Source: an uncultured bacterium (GTDB lineage: Bacteria > Hydrothermota > UBA3072). Taken from it: a DNA stretch of 64,000 nt. The stretch covers positions 2,354 through 66,353 of the forward strand of contig CAYZBF010000002.1 in assembly GCA_964476585.1 (NCBI GenBank). Direction: 5' to 3'. The notes under the pieces are model-generated. The model saw nothing but the letters and a program-made list of their open reading frames with translations. It searched no databases and was not told the origin of the DNA. The position numbers were made by a program, and so were the translations under genes. Of the stretch, positions 1 through 9,646 are shown piece after piece. Numbering within the stretch: position 1 is the first letter of the stretch; each line of letters starts with the position of its first letter.

Positions 1-468
1 AATGGGAATGGGTATGCCAAGGGTATTGACTTCTTTATGAAGAAAGACCTTGGAAGGTTATCCGGTAGATTATCCTACTCTTACCTAATAGCAAGAAGAA
101 ACTGGAAGGACTTTCCTTATCTTGCACCTCCAGAGTTCGATATCACTCATAATCTGAATACAATCGTCAATCTAAATCTAACCAGTTACCTCTCAATAGG
201 GACCAGATTTACTTATTCTACTGGAAAACCTTATACTCCAGCAGGTGGCGATTTTCACTCAAAGAGGGTTCCAGATTATTACAAACTCGATTTCAGTCTT
301 TCCTACTTGCACTCATTCTATTCTGGAAATTTTACAGTTTTTTATCTCGCCGTTAATAATTTAACTAATAGAATAAATATTCTTGACTATCACAACGGTG
401 ATGAGAATGAGCCGTTAACCAGTTCATATAAGAGGCTTTATTACTTTGGTGTATCATTTGAAATTTAA
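1..468 (+). CDS. C-terminal fragment of an outer-membrane beta-barrel (TonB-dependent receptor-like) protein; the 5-prime end lies upstream of the window
   Basis: The reading frame is open from the window start. The C-terminus has alternating aromatic/hydrophobic beta-strand character and ends ...YYFGVSFEI, as is typical of OM beta-barrels/TBDRs. Confidence 0.45.
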   Translation, partial: NGNGYAKGIDFFMKKDLGRLSGRLSYSYLIARRNWKDFPYLAPPEFDITHNLNTIVNLNLTSYLSIGTRFTYSTGKPYTPAGGDFHSKRVPDYYKLDFSLSYLHSFYSGNFTVFYLAVNNLTNRINILDYHNGDENEPLTSSYKRLYYFGVSFEI

Positions 469-750
469 AAAAGAAACTCACCACAAAGGCACAGAAGCTT
501 CGCTTCAATTCAAAATGGAAAATGTAAATTGAAAAATGAAAAATATATACACCACTCTACCTGATAATATCTATACCTTAGTGTATTCGTATACTTTGCA
601 ACCTTTGCGTGAAATCGAGGAGTGGTGTGGTAATTTTGCACTTCTTGCCCCATTAGATATGAAATTATCTAACGGGGTGAACATTTTGCAATCTTCATTC
701 TTAAATGTGTATAACACTGTGTCCGTGGCTAATTAAAAATGGAGGTTTAA

Positions 751-1503
751 ATGAAGAAATTCTATTTAATTATAATCTTACTTCTCTTTCCAACCCTTAC
801 AAAGGCAGAGGAAGGAACATCCATTGATTCACTTATCATCTCTCTTAAAGAACAACAGCAGGTGGCTCTGAATGACGCAGATATAGAAAAGTTTAAGCAA
901 GTAGCGGTCAAACTCGAAAGATTATCCACATTTGGAGAAAGAGACTGGCTAATCAATTACTACCTTGCCTATAACTACTACAGGATGAGCACCATTACCC
1001 AGGATAAAGGAGATGCTACGAAATATATCGAAGAAGCTAAGAAGTTGATTCTTAAATCAATAGAGCAAAAGGATGATTTCGTAGAATCTCATGCTCTTTA
1101 TTCATCGATACTGGGACTTGAGATCGGACTTAAGCCCCATCTTGGGATGATAAATGGTGTCAAATCAGGTAAGGAGATAGCAAAAGCTTATAAACTGGAA
1201 GCGAAAAATCCAAGGGTTTATTTAATGGATGGTATAGGTGCTTTAAATACACCTCCTATGTTTGGAGGTGGAATAGATAAGGCAGTCGAAAAACTTACTA
1301 AAGCGAAAGAAATTTTTGAGATTGAAACATCCGATAGGGGAATTTATCCTGACTGGGGAAAGGATGAGGTCTATATCTGGCTAGGGATAACTTTTGAGAA
1401 GAAAGAGGAAGTATCTAAAGCACTGCAATTTTATAAGAAAACATTGGAGGTAAACCCGGATAACGGTTGGGCAAAAAAACTAATTCATAAAATCGAGAAA
1501 TAG
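751..1503 (+). CDS. secreted helical-repeat (TPR-like) protein, function unknown
   Basis: N-terminal signal peptide MKKFYLIIILLLFPTLTKA; alpha-helical repeats containing a YYLAYNYY motif; RBS GGAGG upstream of the ATG. Confidence 0.45.
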   Translation: MKKFYLIIILLLFPTLTKAEEGTSIDSLIISLKEQQQVALNDADIEKFKQVAVKLERLSTFGERDWLINYYLAYNYYRMSTITQDKGDATKYIEEAKKLILKSIEQKDDFVESHALYSSILGLEIGLKPHLGMINGVKSGKEIAKAYKLEAKNPRVYLMDGIGALNTPPMFGGGIDKAVEKLTKAKEIFEIETSDRGIYPDWGKDEVYIWLGITFEKKEEVSKALQFYKKTLEVNPDNGWAKKLIHKIEK

Positions 1504-1524
1504 GAAAAAGTAGGATGGTATCCT

Positions 1525-2280
1525 TTAATCCTTGATTCTCTTCAACACCCCTGTTCCGTTTGAGACCCAGTTGATAGAGAAACATTTCAAACGTTCTAAG
1601 CCCTGTAATCTTCTATTCAGCCCTATCTTCATGGATAGTGTATATATGTTATCAATTGTATAAACACCCCACCTTCCCAGATAATAAGGATTATTACTTT
1701 GAACTGGTATTGAAGTAAAAGCCTTTTCAAAACCTGCTTCCCGTGCCATCTCCCAATGCTCTTCTCTTGCTCTTCCAAAGGGGTAAGAGAAATATTTAAC
1801 CCTTTCCCCTATCTCGTCTGAAATCTTACCATAGGAGTTTTTCAGATCTTTTCTTACCAAATCCTTAGAAACCCTTGTGTAGTCTGGATGTAGATGAGAA
1901 TGTGAGCCAATGGTAACACCATATCTATGCATCTCTCTTATTCTATCCCATGAGAGGTGAACAAATGATTTTCCAAGTGTTACATCCCAATCGTTCTTCC
2001 TGCCCGCATATCCACTTACAACGAATATCAAAGGCGTAGCACCCTCATCCTGAAGAATAGGAAAGGCGTATCTATATAGGTTTTCAAATCCGTCATCGAA
2101 TGTAATAAGAACTCCTGTAGACCTTTTGAAGAATTCTTTCGGTGATAAAATTTTTAATCCTAAATTTTTAATGTACCTAATGTGTTCCCTGAAGGTAGGA
2201 GGCGAAACAACTGAACCATAGGGAGCAAGAGTTGGAGCTATATTATGATAGAGAAGGATTGATTTCATAGTAGAAGTCAA
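1525..2280 (-). CDS. polysaccharide deacetylase (NodB-homology, CE4) family protein
   Basis: TFDDGFENLY...FPIL and HSHLHPDY motifs match the NodB deacetylase signature. Confidence 0.7.
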   Translation of the reverse strand: MTSTMKSILLYHNIAPTLAPYGSVVSPPTFREHIRYIKNLGLKILSPKEFFKRSTGVLITFDDGFENLYRYAFPILQDEGATPLIFVVSGYAGRKNDWDVTLGKSFVHLSWDRIREMHRYGVTIGSHSHLHPDYTRVSKDLVRKDLKNSYGKISDEIGERVKYFSYPFGRAREEHWEMAREAGFEKAFTSIPVQSNNPYYLGRWGVYTIDNIYTLSMKIGLNRRLQGLERLKCFSINWVSNGTGVLKRIKD

Positions 2281-3334
2281 GAACTTCCTTACTTATCTTA
2301 TCCCAGGAATAACATTCAGCACTCTTAAGGCCTCCATTTATCAGGGAAGATTGAAGGGCTTCGTCCTTCATTACACGAATAATTGCTCTTGCAATTCCCT
2401 TAGAATCAGCGGGAGGAACAAGCAAACCATTTTTCTCATCTTCTATAACACATCTGTACCCGGGGATGTCCGAAGCAATGACCGGGACTCCTGAAGCCAT
2501 AGCTTCGATCAGGACGATGCCAAAACTCTCTCCTGTTATTGCAGGAGATATAAAAATAGTGGCTCTCCTGAAAATCTCGGGCAACTCCAGAGGTGCAACA
2601 AATCCTAGAAAGTGAATGGAATCTCCAAACTCTTTGGGAATATTCAATTTCGTTTCTTTATAACTTCCACCCACCACAGTAAGCGTTGCCTCGGGTATCA
2701 CTTTTTTAACTATAGGGAAGGCATGGATAAGAAACTGTAAACCCTTTCGCGGCTCAATCCTTCCAACAAATAAGATCTCTTTTGATGAGTCCTTAATAGA
2801 TTTTCCTGGTTTAAACCTTTCTGTATCCACTCCGTTTGGAATAATACGATAAACCCCAGGTAGATACCTTGCAATGGAATTACGGGCAGTTCGGGAGACT
2901 GCAATCTTTCCATTTATGCGCTTGAAATAGTTCTGCAAATACCCTTTAAATACTTTGAAAGGAACTGAAGACTCAAAGGTTGGATGGAATGTAAATATAT
3001 TTGTTTTTCTGGAAACTCTTAAGGCTAAAATTGGCAGGGTTGGAGCGAGTGTGCCATGGATATGGATGACGTCAAACTTATTCACAATCATAAAAAGTTT
3101 ACTTCCACTCACTCCATATGTAATTCTTGAACAGGATCGATTGGCAGGGATGACTATGGATCTTCCAACCCTTATGACTCTCTCCTCGTCAGGCCGAAGA
3201 TCACCTTCTATATTAGCCGTAAGAATCGAAACCGAGTGACCCTTCCTCTCAAACTGATTTGCAAGATTATATATATGTTCGCTTACACCGCCTACATGTG
3301 GATAATAAATATCGGAAACAAATAAAATCTTCAT
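2243..3334 (-). CDS. GT4-family glycosyltransferase (PimA-like)
   Basis: N-terminal MKILFVSDIYYPHVGGVSEH...; EX7E-type region ESFGIVLIEAMASGVPVIASD; EPRKG motif. Confidence 0.8.
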   Translation of the reverse strand: MKILFVSDIYYPHVGGVSEHIYNLANQFERKGHSVSILTANIEGDLRPDEERVIRVGRSIVIPANRSCSRITYGVSGSKLFMIVNKFDVIHIHGTLAPTLPILALRVSRKTNIFTFHPTFESSVPFKVFKGYLQNYFKRINGKIAVSRTARNSIARYLPGVYRIIPNGVDTERFKPGKSIKDSSKEILFVGRIEPRKGLQFLIHAFPIVKKVIPEATLTVVGGSYKETKLNIPKEFGDSIHFLGFVAPLELPEIFRRATIFISPAITGESFGIVLIEAMASGVPVIASDIPGYRCVIEDEKNGLLVPPADSKGIARAIIRVMKDEALQSSLINGGLKSAECYSWDKISKEVLDFYYEINPSLS

Positions 3335-3548
3335 TTTTCTGTTATGCTCCCGTTAAAAAATTTGATAAAATTGCCAAATCTTATTGTTCTCAAGGATTCA
3401 AGGGGTCGAGGGGTCAAAGACAAATTAGTCATAAGTCATTAGTCTTTAGTCATAAGTAGATAAATCATTTTTCATTTTACATTTTGCCTGTCTGCCGTGG
3501 CAACGGCGCAGGTAAACAATTTTCATTTCTTTGCGGCTCCGCTAGATA

Positions 3549-4391
3549 TTAATCTTTCCAGACCCTCTGAAAGACAAACCATTGATCGGGAAACATTGAT
3601 ATCGCTTTCTCAAGCATCTTAACCATCGCCGAGAGCAACTCATCTTCCGAATCATAATCATCCGGATATATAGGAGTGAAAAATCTTCCTTGATACCGAG
3701 GGGTATCGGGATCCAGGGCCATAAAACCTACAATCAGTGGTGCCCCTGTTCTCTTGGACAGGAGTGCCACTCCTCTCGGGATTGACACAGTTCTCCCGAA
3801 AAACTCATAATCTACTCCTGAGTCTTGAATGTCTCTATCTGCTATTAGAACCACGATTTTATTTTCTTTAAGTAATCTCACCAAGGTAAAGACAAGTCTT
3901 CTTTCCTCCAGGCGTAAAATCTTATTACCTAAATGTTCTCTGTAACGATTGTAAAAACGGAAGAACCTCATACCTGGTCCCTTTGATTCTGCAACAGAAT
4001 ATAGCGGAAAACCAAGGGAAGATAGATAAGGTCCTGCAAGTTCCATTCCACCGAGATGGGAAGCAATGAGTATTAATCCCCTACCTTTCTCCAGTTCCTT
4101 TCTAAGGAGATTAACTCTATAGGACTCAACCATAGAGTTCAAATATGACGGAGTCATATTTGGTATATTCAGAATATCACTATACACCAGTGCAAATTTG
4201 ATAAAGGTTGATTTTACCTCGCTCTCTTTTACTTCTCCCTTTATTGTCTTTATATTATCCCTTACCACTTCCCTTCTACACCTTGCAACTAAATACCATA
4301 ATAGACCAATAATCCTTACTATCCTGTCTCGAAAACCAATTGTGGTAAAACGAGCTATCTGGGTTATGATTAACATCAAAAACTGTTTCAT
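3549..4391 (-). CDS. LpxL/HtrB-family lipid A biosynthesis-type (lysophospholipid) acyltransferase
   Basis: N-terminal TM helix. Acyltransferase family with conserved C-terminal DQWFVFQRVW-type motif and GRG/LIASHLGG regions. Confidence 0.7.
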   Translation of the reverse strand: MKQFLMLIITQIARFTTIGFRDRIVRIIGLLWYLVARCRREVVRDNIKTIKGEVKESEVKSTFIKFALVYSDILNIPNMTPSYLNSMVESYRVNLLRKELEKGRGLILIASHLGGMELAGPYLSSLGFPLYSVAESKGPGMRFFRFYNRYREHLGNKILRLEERRLVFTLVRLLKENKIVVLIADRDIQDSGVDYEFFGRTVSIPRGVALLSKRTGAPLIVGFMALDPDTPRYQGRFFTPIYPDDYDSEDELLSAMVKMLEKAISMFPDQWFVFQRVWKD

Positions 4392-4393
4392 TT

Positions 4394-4828
4394 TTAGTGA
4401 TCCGTAGAGCCAAATCCGGAATTATTTCTGGTTGTTTCCTCTAAACCGTCTGTTTCCTCTAACCCTACCCTCACTATAGAGGTTATAACCAGTTGAGCTA
4501 TTCTATCGCCTTTCTTTATCTTAAAATCCCCACTGCTGAAGTTGAAGAGTATAACCTTTATCTCTCCACGATAATCAGAATCAATTGTTCCAGGAGAATT
4601 AAGAATCCCTATTCCTGAACGTGCGGCAAGTCCGCTCCTCGGGCGCACCTGACCTTCCATGCCAAAAGGGATCTCAACAGCAATTCCTGTTGGAACTACT
4701 TTGAAATCACCTGCCCCGATTACGCATTCTTCTCTTGCATAAAGGTCTAAACCCGAACTCCCCTCTGTCTGATAATTGGGTAACGGGAGTGTTCTATCCA
4801 GACGCTTAACTCTTATTTCTAAAGGCAT
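4394..4828 (-). CDS. dut: dUTP diphosphatase
   Basis: RSGLAARSGIGILNSPGTIDSDYRGEI dUTPase motifs; size 144 aa. Confidence 0.9.
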   Translation of the reverse strand: MPLEIRVKRLDRTLPLPNYQTEGSSGLDLYAREECVIGAGDFKVVPTGIAVEIPFGMEGQVRPRSGLAARSGIGILNSPGTIDSDYRGEIKVILFNFSSGDFKIKKGDRIAQLVITSIVRVGLEETDGLEETTRNNSGFGSTDH

Positions 4829-5999
4829 GAAGACCTTCTTTTAGAATATTCATTGCATCTCGAAGGTCATCCTCCTTCAAAACATACGCTATCCTTGCTT
4901 CATCCTTCCCCTTACCAGGAGTCCTGTAGAAACCAGCAGCAGGAGCAAGCATTACAGTCTTCCCATCCTTTTCAAAATCTGTTAACATCCAGCGAACAAA
5001 CTCCTCACTATCCAGAACAGGCAGTTTCACAACTGTATAGAAAGCTCCCTCAGGTTTTAAAGTAAAGGCTCCTTCTATCGCCTGAATCTCCTCATAGACA
5101 ACGTCACGGCGATGCTCGTATTCCTTCATCATATCCTTCAAAAATTCATGCCTTCGATTAAAACCTGCCGAAGCACCATATTGTTCTATTGTAGGTGGAC
5201 AGAGCCGTGCCATCCCAAATTTCAAGAGAGATTTGTACAATTCTTTATTCTTTGTCACAACAAACCCGATCCTTGCTCCACAGCAACTAAAGCGTTTCGA
5301 TATAGAATCAGCAATAGCAATCCTATCTTGCACAGATTCAAAACTGAGGAAAGAAGAGCACTCTTTTCCATCAAAGACAAACTCTCTGTAAACCTCGTCA
5401 GAAAACAACCAAAGATCATTCCTTAACGCAATATCAACTATCATCTCCATTTCATTACACCGCAACACAGTACCCGTTGGATTGTTAGGTGTACAGACAA
5501 GTATAGCTTTTGTTTTATCGGTAATAAGACTTTCAATCTTCTCCTTAGGCGGAAGGTGGAATCCATCTTCAACAGAAGTAGTGACAGGAACAATATTCAC
5601 TCCAACTATACATGCTATGCTATTATAATTGGCATAGAATGGCTCAGGGATTATTATCCCATCCCCAGGATTGAGGGTTGACAGCATCAGAAAAAGAACA
5701 GCCTCACTCCCCCCTGTGGTTATGAAGACATCTCCGGGTTCAATATTCAAGGAATAGTCCTCATTTAGGTAATGAGCTATAGCCTCTCGTAACATTGGAA
5801 TCCCCTGGGATGGACCATAAGAGAGAACCTTTTGCTCAAAATTTCGAATTGGATCGAATATTAAATCAGGAGTCTTCACATCTGGTTGTCCAATATTCAG
5901 GTGATAGACATGAATACCCCGCGTTTTTGCCTCATCTGCGTAAGGTATGAGTTTCCTGATAGGAGATTGGGGAATAGTTTTCCCTTTATTCGAAATCAT
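4806..5999 (-). CDS. class I/II PLP-dependent aminotransferase (aspartate aminotransferase-like)
   Basis: NPTG motif, DEVY motif and PLP-lysine motif SKRFSCCGARIGF are all present. Confidence 0.85.
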   Translation of the reverse strand: MISNKGKTIPQSPIRKLIPYADEAKTRGIHVYHLNIGQPDVKTPDLIFDPIRNFEQKVLSYGPSQGIPMLREAIAHYLNEDYSLNIEPGDVFITTGGSEAVLFLMLSTLNPGDGIIIPEPFYANYNSIACIVGVNIVPVTTSVEDGFHLPPKEKIESLITDKTKAILVCTPNNPTGTVLRCNEMEMIVDIALRNDLWLFSDEVYREFVFDGKECSSFLSFESVQDRIAIADSISKRFSCCGARIGFVVTKNKELYKSLLKFGMARLCPPTIEQYGASAGFNRRHEFLKDMMKEYEHRRDVVYEEIQAIEGAFTLKPEGAFYTVVKLPVLDSEEFVRWMLTDFEKDGKTVMLAPAAGFYRTPGKGKDEARIAYVLKEDDLRDAMNILKEGLHAFRNKS

Positions 6000-7156
6000 T
6001 AATCCTCCTTTTTTAAGCCAAGATACTGATCAAGGGCGTCTGAAAGTATATCAAGTCCTTCCTCAAGCATTTCAGAGTCAAGAAAGCGGTAATCAATAAG
6101 TACCTCCCCAGTATCCTCATAATCACTTGAATGAAAGTGAGTTGCAGGAGCAACAAATACTGTCTTTTTATCTCGGTTATAACCTGTTAATAACCATTCT
6201 ACAAACGTTTCAGTATTCGGAACTGGAAGCCTGAGAAAAACAGAACCCGTGGCTATGGACACTGAAGCAGAAATATCTTCTCTTTCTTCTACAAAGCTCT
6301 CTATAATCTTCTTTTTGAAATTCATTATATCCTTTCTTTCTTCACGTATTCCTTCACCATTTTTAATAAAATAATCGAGAAAGCTAAGCTGGTAAGGAGA
6401 AACCGGGAATAGATCCGCAGCAATCCTACCAATTCTTTCGGGCAAGGTTTTATGAAAGATAAGGACAGTAACATCATCCATTGAGAAGTCTTTCAGTGGT
6501 GATAAAATCTGTATCACTCGTTCACTCTCTAGGGCAATATTTCGAATTGTTATATACTCCTCTTCATTACTCACAAGGTTAGAGAGCGTTTCATCAACTG
6601 CAATATATAGATAATAGTTTCGACATACAAATAGGATCCTTTCCAATGTTTCTTCGGGGTAGATTATGCTACCTGAAAAACTTGGTGCAGAATAATAAAA
6701 TAACCTGCTTCTTGGTGTTATTTTATTCTCTATCTCTTTACGATATGGTAGATCATAATCATCCTGCATACTTGTTTCTATATAAAGTAGTTTTAAGCCC
6801 AGGGATTCAGAGCACTGTTTCAGAAAATAAGGAATAGGTGCAGGAGTTACTATTTCATCATTCAAATTCAGCACAGAAAAAAAAAGAGTATAATATGCTG
6901 AAAACTGATTTGGTAAAAGTAATATTTTATAAGAGGAATCTACTTCTAAATATTCCTTAAGTTCTTCCACCACAAAACTCAACTGTACTGGGTTGATTTC
7001 TTTCATTATATCTTGTGTAATAGGGCTAATAGTAAAAAGGTTAATTATCTGAACGTCTCTGTCCCTCCAGTACCCATACCTTTCCAAATAAAGATTGAAT
7101 AAAAATGGCTCATAAAGATTTGCTCTCCTCGAACAATATGCATCACCAGGAGACAT
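5999..7156 (-). CDS. divergent aminotransferase-fold paralog (degenerate motifs), function unknown
   Basis: C-terminal homology to the adjacent aminotransferase (TFVEWLLTGYNRDKKTVFVAPA versus EFVRWMLTDFEKDGKTVMLAPA). The SxxK lysine is retained, but NPTG and GxRxG are lost. Confidence 0.55.
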   Translation of the reverse strand: MSPGDAYCSRRANLYEPFLFNLYLERYGYWRDRDVQIINLFTISPITQDIMKEINPVQLSFVVEELKEYLEVDSSYKILLLPNQFSAYYTLFFSVLNLNDEIVTPAPIPYFLKQCSESLGLKLLYIETSMQDDYDLPYRKEIENKITPRSRLFYYSAPSFSGSIIYPEETLERILFVCRNYYLYIAVDETLSNLVSNEEEYITIRNIALESERVIQILSPLKDFSMDDVTVLIFHKTLPERIGRIAADLFPVSPYQLSFLDYFIKNGEGIREERKDIMNFKKKIIESFVEEREDISASVSIATGSVFLRLPVPNTETFVEWLLTGYNRDKKTVFVAPATHFHSSDYEDTGEVLIDYRFLDSEMLEEGLDILSDALDQYLGLKKED

Positions 7157-8378
7157 TTTTACTTTCCCCTAAAAGGGTAATATTGAAGACTTCTGGCTTG
7201 AAGAAGCGTTCCTGTATATCTTTTACCTCTTCAAATTTAACGCTATTGATCCTTTTTAAGAGTTCTGGAATAGAAACTCTTTTCCCAAGATACATTTCCT
7301 CCTTTACATTCCTACCCATCCTGCTAGCATTATCTTCCATAGAAATCACAATATTTCCCCTTATCCTTTCTTTGGCCACTTCGACCTCTTCTCTCGAGAA
7401 TCTGAGAGAATTAAACAAATCTATAATTGCATCCAAAGTCTTTGATAGTTTATCCTTGTCTGTTGATAAATAAATATAAAAGATACCGGTATCGCTGAAA
7501 AATTCAGGGAAAGCTGAGACATAATACACCAAACCCATCTCTTGACGCAATTTCTGGAATAATCTTGAACTCATCCCCATACCTAAAATGGAAAGCCCAA
7601 TAAGAAAAGGAAACCTTTCTTTATTATTATAGGGAAAACACTTTGAAGATAGGGTAACATATTCATGATTTAACTCAGGCTTTGAAACGATATTGACACG
7701 AGTCTGTTTTTCTGGAAGGAATTCTCTCTCAAATCCTTTACCTTTTCTGTCTCCAAGCTTTTCACTAATTTGAACACATAACTCTCTATGATCCACCTTA
7801 CCCACTGATGTAACGAATATCCTATCAGTAGTATAATTTTTTTGCCAGAAATTTCTAATATCACTAAAAGTAATACTTTGAACTGATGCAGGTGTTCCCA
7901 ATATCGGCGAAGATAGAGGATGGTCCTTTCCAAAAGTGGTGCCCATGGCATAAAAGAAAAGAAGACTTTCTGGAGAATCATAGAAACTTTTGATCTCTTC
8001 CTGTATCACCAAACGTTCCATTTCAATCGAATCTTCCCTGAACAAAGGATTCCTTATCAAATCCAAGAGAACATCTACTGCGAGTGGAAGTTCCTCAGGA
8101 AGGATATGAGCATAGAAAGAGGTCCATTCCCTAGATGTTGAAGCATTCACAATTCCACCTCTGGATTCTATCGCGGTTGATATATCTCTCTCGCTTCTTT
8201 CCTTTGTACCCTTAAATACCGCGTGCTCAATGAAATGACATATACCCTCCTCCTTCTTGCTCTCATCCCTTGATCCTATTTTCACATAAAAACCTATAAT
8301 TGTCGAGAGAGCTGCCGGTATAAATTCTGAAACCACCGTTACTCCTGAAGGAAGGATAGTCTTTTTATAATTAATCAT
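7143..8378 (-). CDS. M16-family zinc metallopeptidase (pitrilysin/insulinase-like)
   Basis: Inverted zinc-binding motif HFIEHAVFKGT (HxxEH). Confidence 0.8.
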   Translation of the reverse strand: MINYKKTILPSGVTVVSEFIPAALSTIIGFYVKIGSRDESKKEEGICHFIEHAVFKGTKERSERDISTAIESRGGIVNASTSREWTSFYAHILPEELPLAVDVLLDLIRNPLFREDSIEMERLVIQEEIKSFYDSPESLLFFYAMGTTFGKDHPLSSPILGTPASVQSITFSDIRNFWQKNYTTDRIFVTSVGKVDHRELCVQISEKLGDRKGKGFEREFLPEKQTRVNIVSKPELNHEYVTLSSKCFPYNNKERFPFLIGLSILGMGMSSRLFQKLRQEMGLVYYVSAFPEFFSDTGIFYIYLSTDKDKLSKTLDAIIDLFNSLRFSREEVEVAKERIRGNIVISMEDNASRMGRNVKEEMYLGKRVSIPELLKRINSVKFEEVKDIQERFFKPEVFNITLLGESKNVSW

Positions 8379-8766
8379 TGAGCCTAATCAATTTTGCCCT
8401 GGCTTCCGCATATACTATGTCTTCAGGATCCTTTAAGAGTGACTTTGCTGTTACGACCTTCCCCCTATCTTCGATCACTTCACCTTCTACTATATATTCA
8501 GCACCTATTTTCACAGGTTTTTTGAATCTGACAGTAATTTCTCCTGTTGCATACTTTCCTCCTAGGGATACCCCTGCGTACACAGCAAGCTCATCAAGAA
8601 CTGTAGCTATTAGTCCACCATGGACCACACCACTGTACCCCTGCATATAAGGCGGAAATTTTATTCTTGCGCGTGAACCCTCTTCATGAAGCTCAATATT
8701 AAGTTGTAAGCCATTTTTGTTTTTCTTTCCACATGCAAAACAATAATCATCTAATTGAAATTCCAT
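8371..8766 (-). CDS. PaaI-type hotdog-fold thioesterase with N-terminal Zn-ribbon
   Basis: CFACGKKN zinc-ribbon-like N-terminus; YSGVVHGGLIATVLDE thioesterase motif. Confidence 0.7.
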   Translation of the reverse strand: MEFQLDDYCFACGKKNKNGLQLNIELHEEGSRARIKFPPYMQGYSGVVHGGLIATVLDELAVYAGVSLGGKYATGEITVRFKKPVKIGAEYIVEGEVIEDRGKVVTAKSLLKDPEDIVYAEARAKLIRLND

Positions 8767-8842
8767 AGGAATATGATAAAGAATTCACTTAATATGTCAA
8801 TGGGGATAGCTGCTCAATAGCTCTAAGCAAAACGAAAAAATT

Positions 8843-8862
8843 AGACGCAGATAAACACAGAA
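8843..8862. repeat. left copy of ~20-nt inverted repeat (agacgcagataaacacag) bracketing the ECF sigma operon
   Basis: Its reverse complement ctgtgtttatctgcgtc matches ctgtgtctatctgcgtt at 10407-10423. Confidence 0.55.
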
Positions 8863-8989
8863 AATATTAGAGCACTAGAGCAAAAATAAAAGAGTTTGTC
8901 AGTTGGTAAGTTAGTCAGTTTTTTTATTGATATAAGTGGTTTAATTGATAATACTTCTTCTTTTTTTAACCTTATCTAAGCAATCTCGA

Positions 8990-9030
8990 ATCTTAACCGT
9001 CCAACACACCAATTCACCAATCGTCTAACT
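8990..9030 (+). promoter_or_regulatory. candidate ECF-type promoter (AAC-N16-CGTC) upstream of the ECF sigma gene
   Basis: ccAACacaccaattcaccaatCGTCtaa lies ~100 nt upstream of the 9125 start. It resembles autoregulated ECF promoters (GAAC-N16/17-CGTC). Confidence 0.3.
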
Positions 9031-9124
9031 AAGAAGATACAAGAAAGCTTGTCAAAATGTTATTTATCAATAATATTTATTGTGAATTTCTGAATATAAT
9101 AGAAAGGAAAGGATACTACAGAAA

Positions 9125-9646
9125 ATGGATGATGATATCTTAATTGAAAAGTGTAAGAAGGGTAATATGGAAGCATATGGAGAATTAGTAAAAAGATACA
9201 TGAAAAAGGCTTATAATGTAGCTCTTTATTTCACAAGAGATCCAAATGATGCATGGGATATATCTCAAGAAGGGTTTTTGAATGCATGGAAGGCAATAAG
9301 GCGATTCAATACAAAAAAGGCATTCTTCCCGTGGTTGTACACAATAATAAAGAACGAATCAATGAAGAAATTTAGAAGAGAAAAAAGAAAAAATAGAGGA
9401 AATCCTATTCCAATAACTGTTATTGAATCACCACATAAGAGATTGGAGAAAATTGAAAGTATAGAAAGGCTTAAAAGAGCTATCTCACGGCTTGATAGAA
9501 AAAAGCAGGAAATAATATATATGAGACATTTTGCAAAGATGAGTTATAATGAAATTGCAGAATCACTGAATATTGCAAAAGGCACTGTAATGTCCCGCCT
9601 ATATTATGCAAGAAAAGCGCTTCTAGAGGAATACAGGAATGGCTGA
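9125..9646 (+). CDS. ECF-subfamily RNA polymerase sigma-70 factor
   Basis: Region 2 (YGELVKRYMKKAYNVALYFTRDPNDAWDISQEGFLNAWK) and region 4 HTH (SYNEIAESLNIAKGTVMSRLYYARKAL). Confidence 0.85.
   Translation: MDDDILIEKCKKGNMEAYGELVKRYMKKAYNVALYFTRDPNDAWDISQEGFLNAWKAIRRFNTKKAFFPWLYTIIKNESMKKFRREKRKNRGNPIPITVIESPHKRLEKIESIERLKRAISRLDRKKQEIIYMRHFAKMSYNEIAESLNIAKGTVMSRLYYARKALLEEYRNG

Noticed and set aside
536-736. 66-aa ORF between the TBDR fragment and the TPR-like gene
   Set aside because: It has no RBS, an unusual composition and no motif, and it lies in a region that could be the promoter of the 751 gene.
3259-3459. 66-aa ORF in the acyltransferase-GT4 intergenic region
   Set aside because: It lies across a repeat-containing intergenic region and the 5-prime end of the GT4 gene on the opposite strand. 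It has no RBS and an odd composition.
3490-3510. ctgccgtggcaacggcgcag as a terminator hairpin after the acyltransferase gene
   Set aside because: The stem is only 4 bp plus imperfect flanks, and no T-run follows on the relevant (minus) strand.
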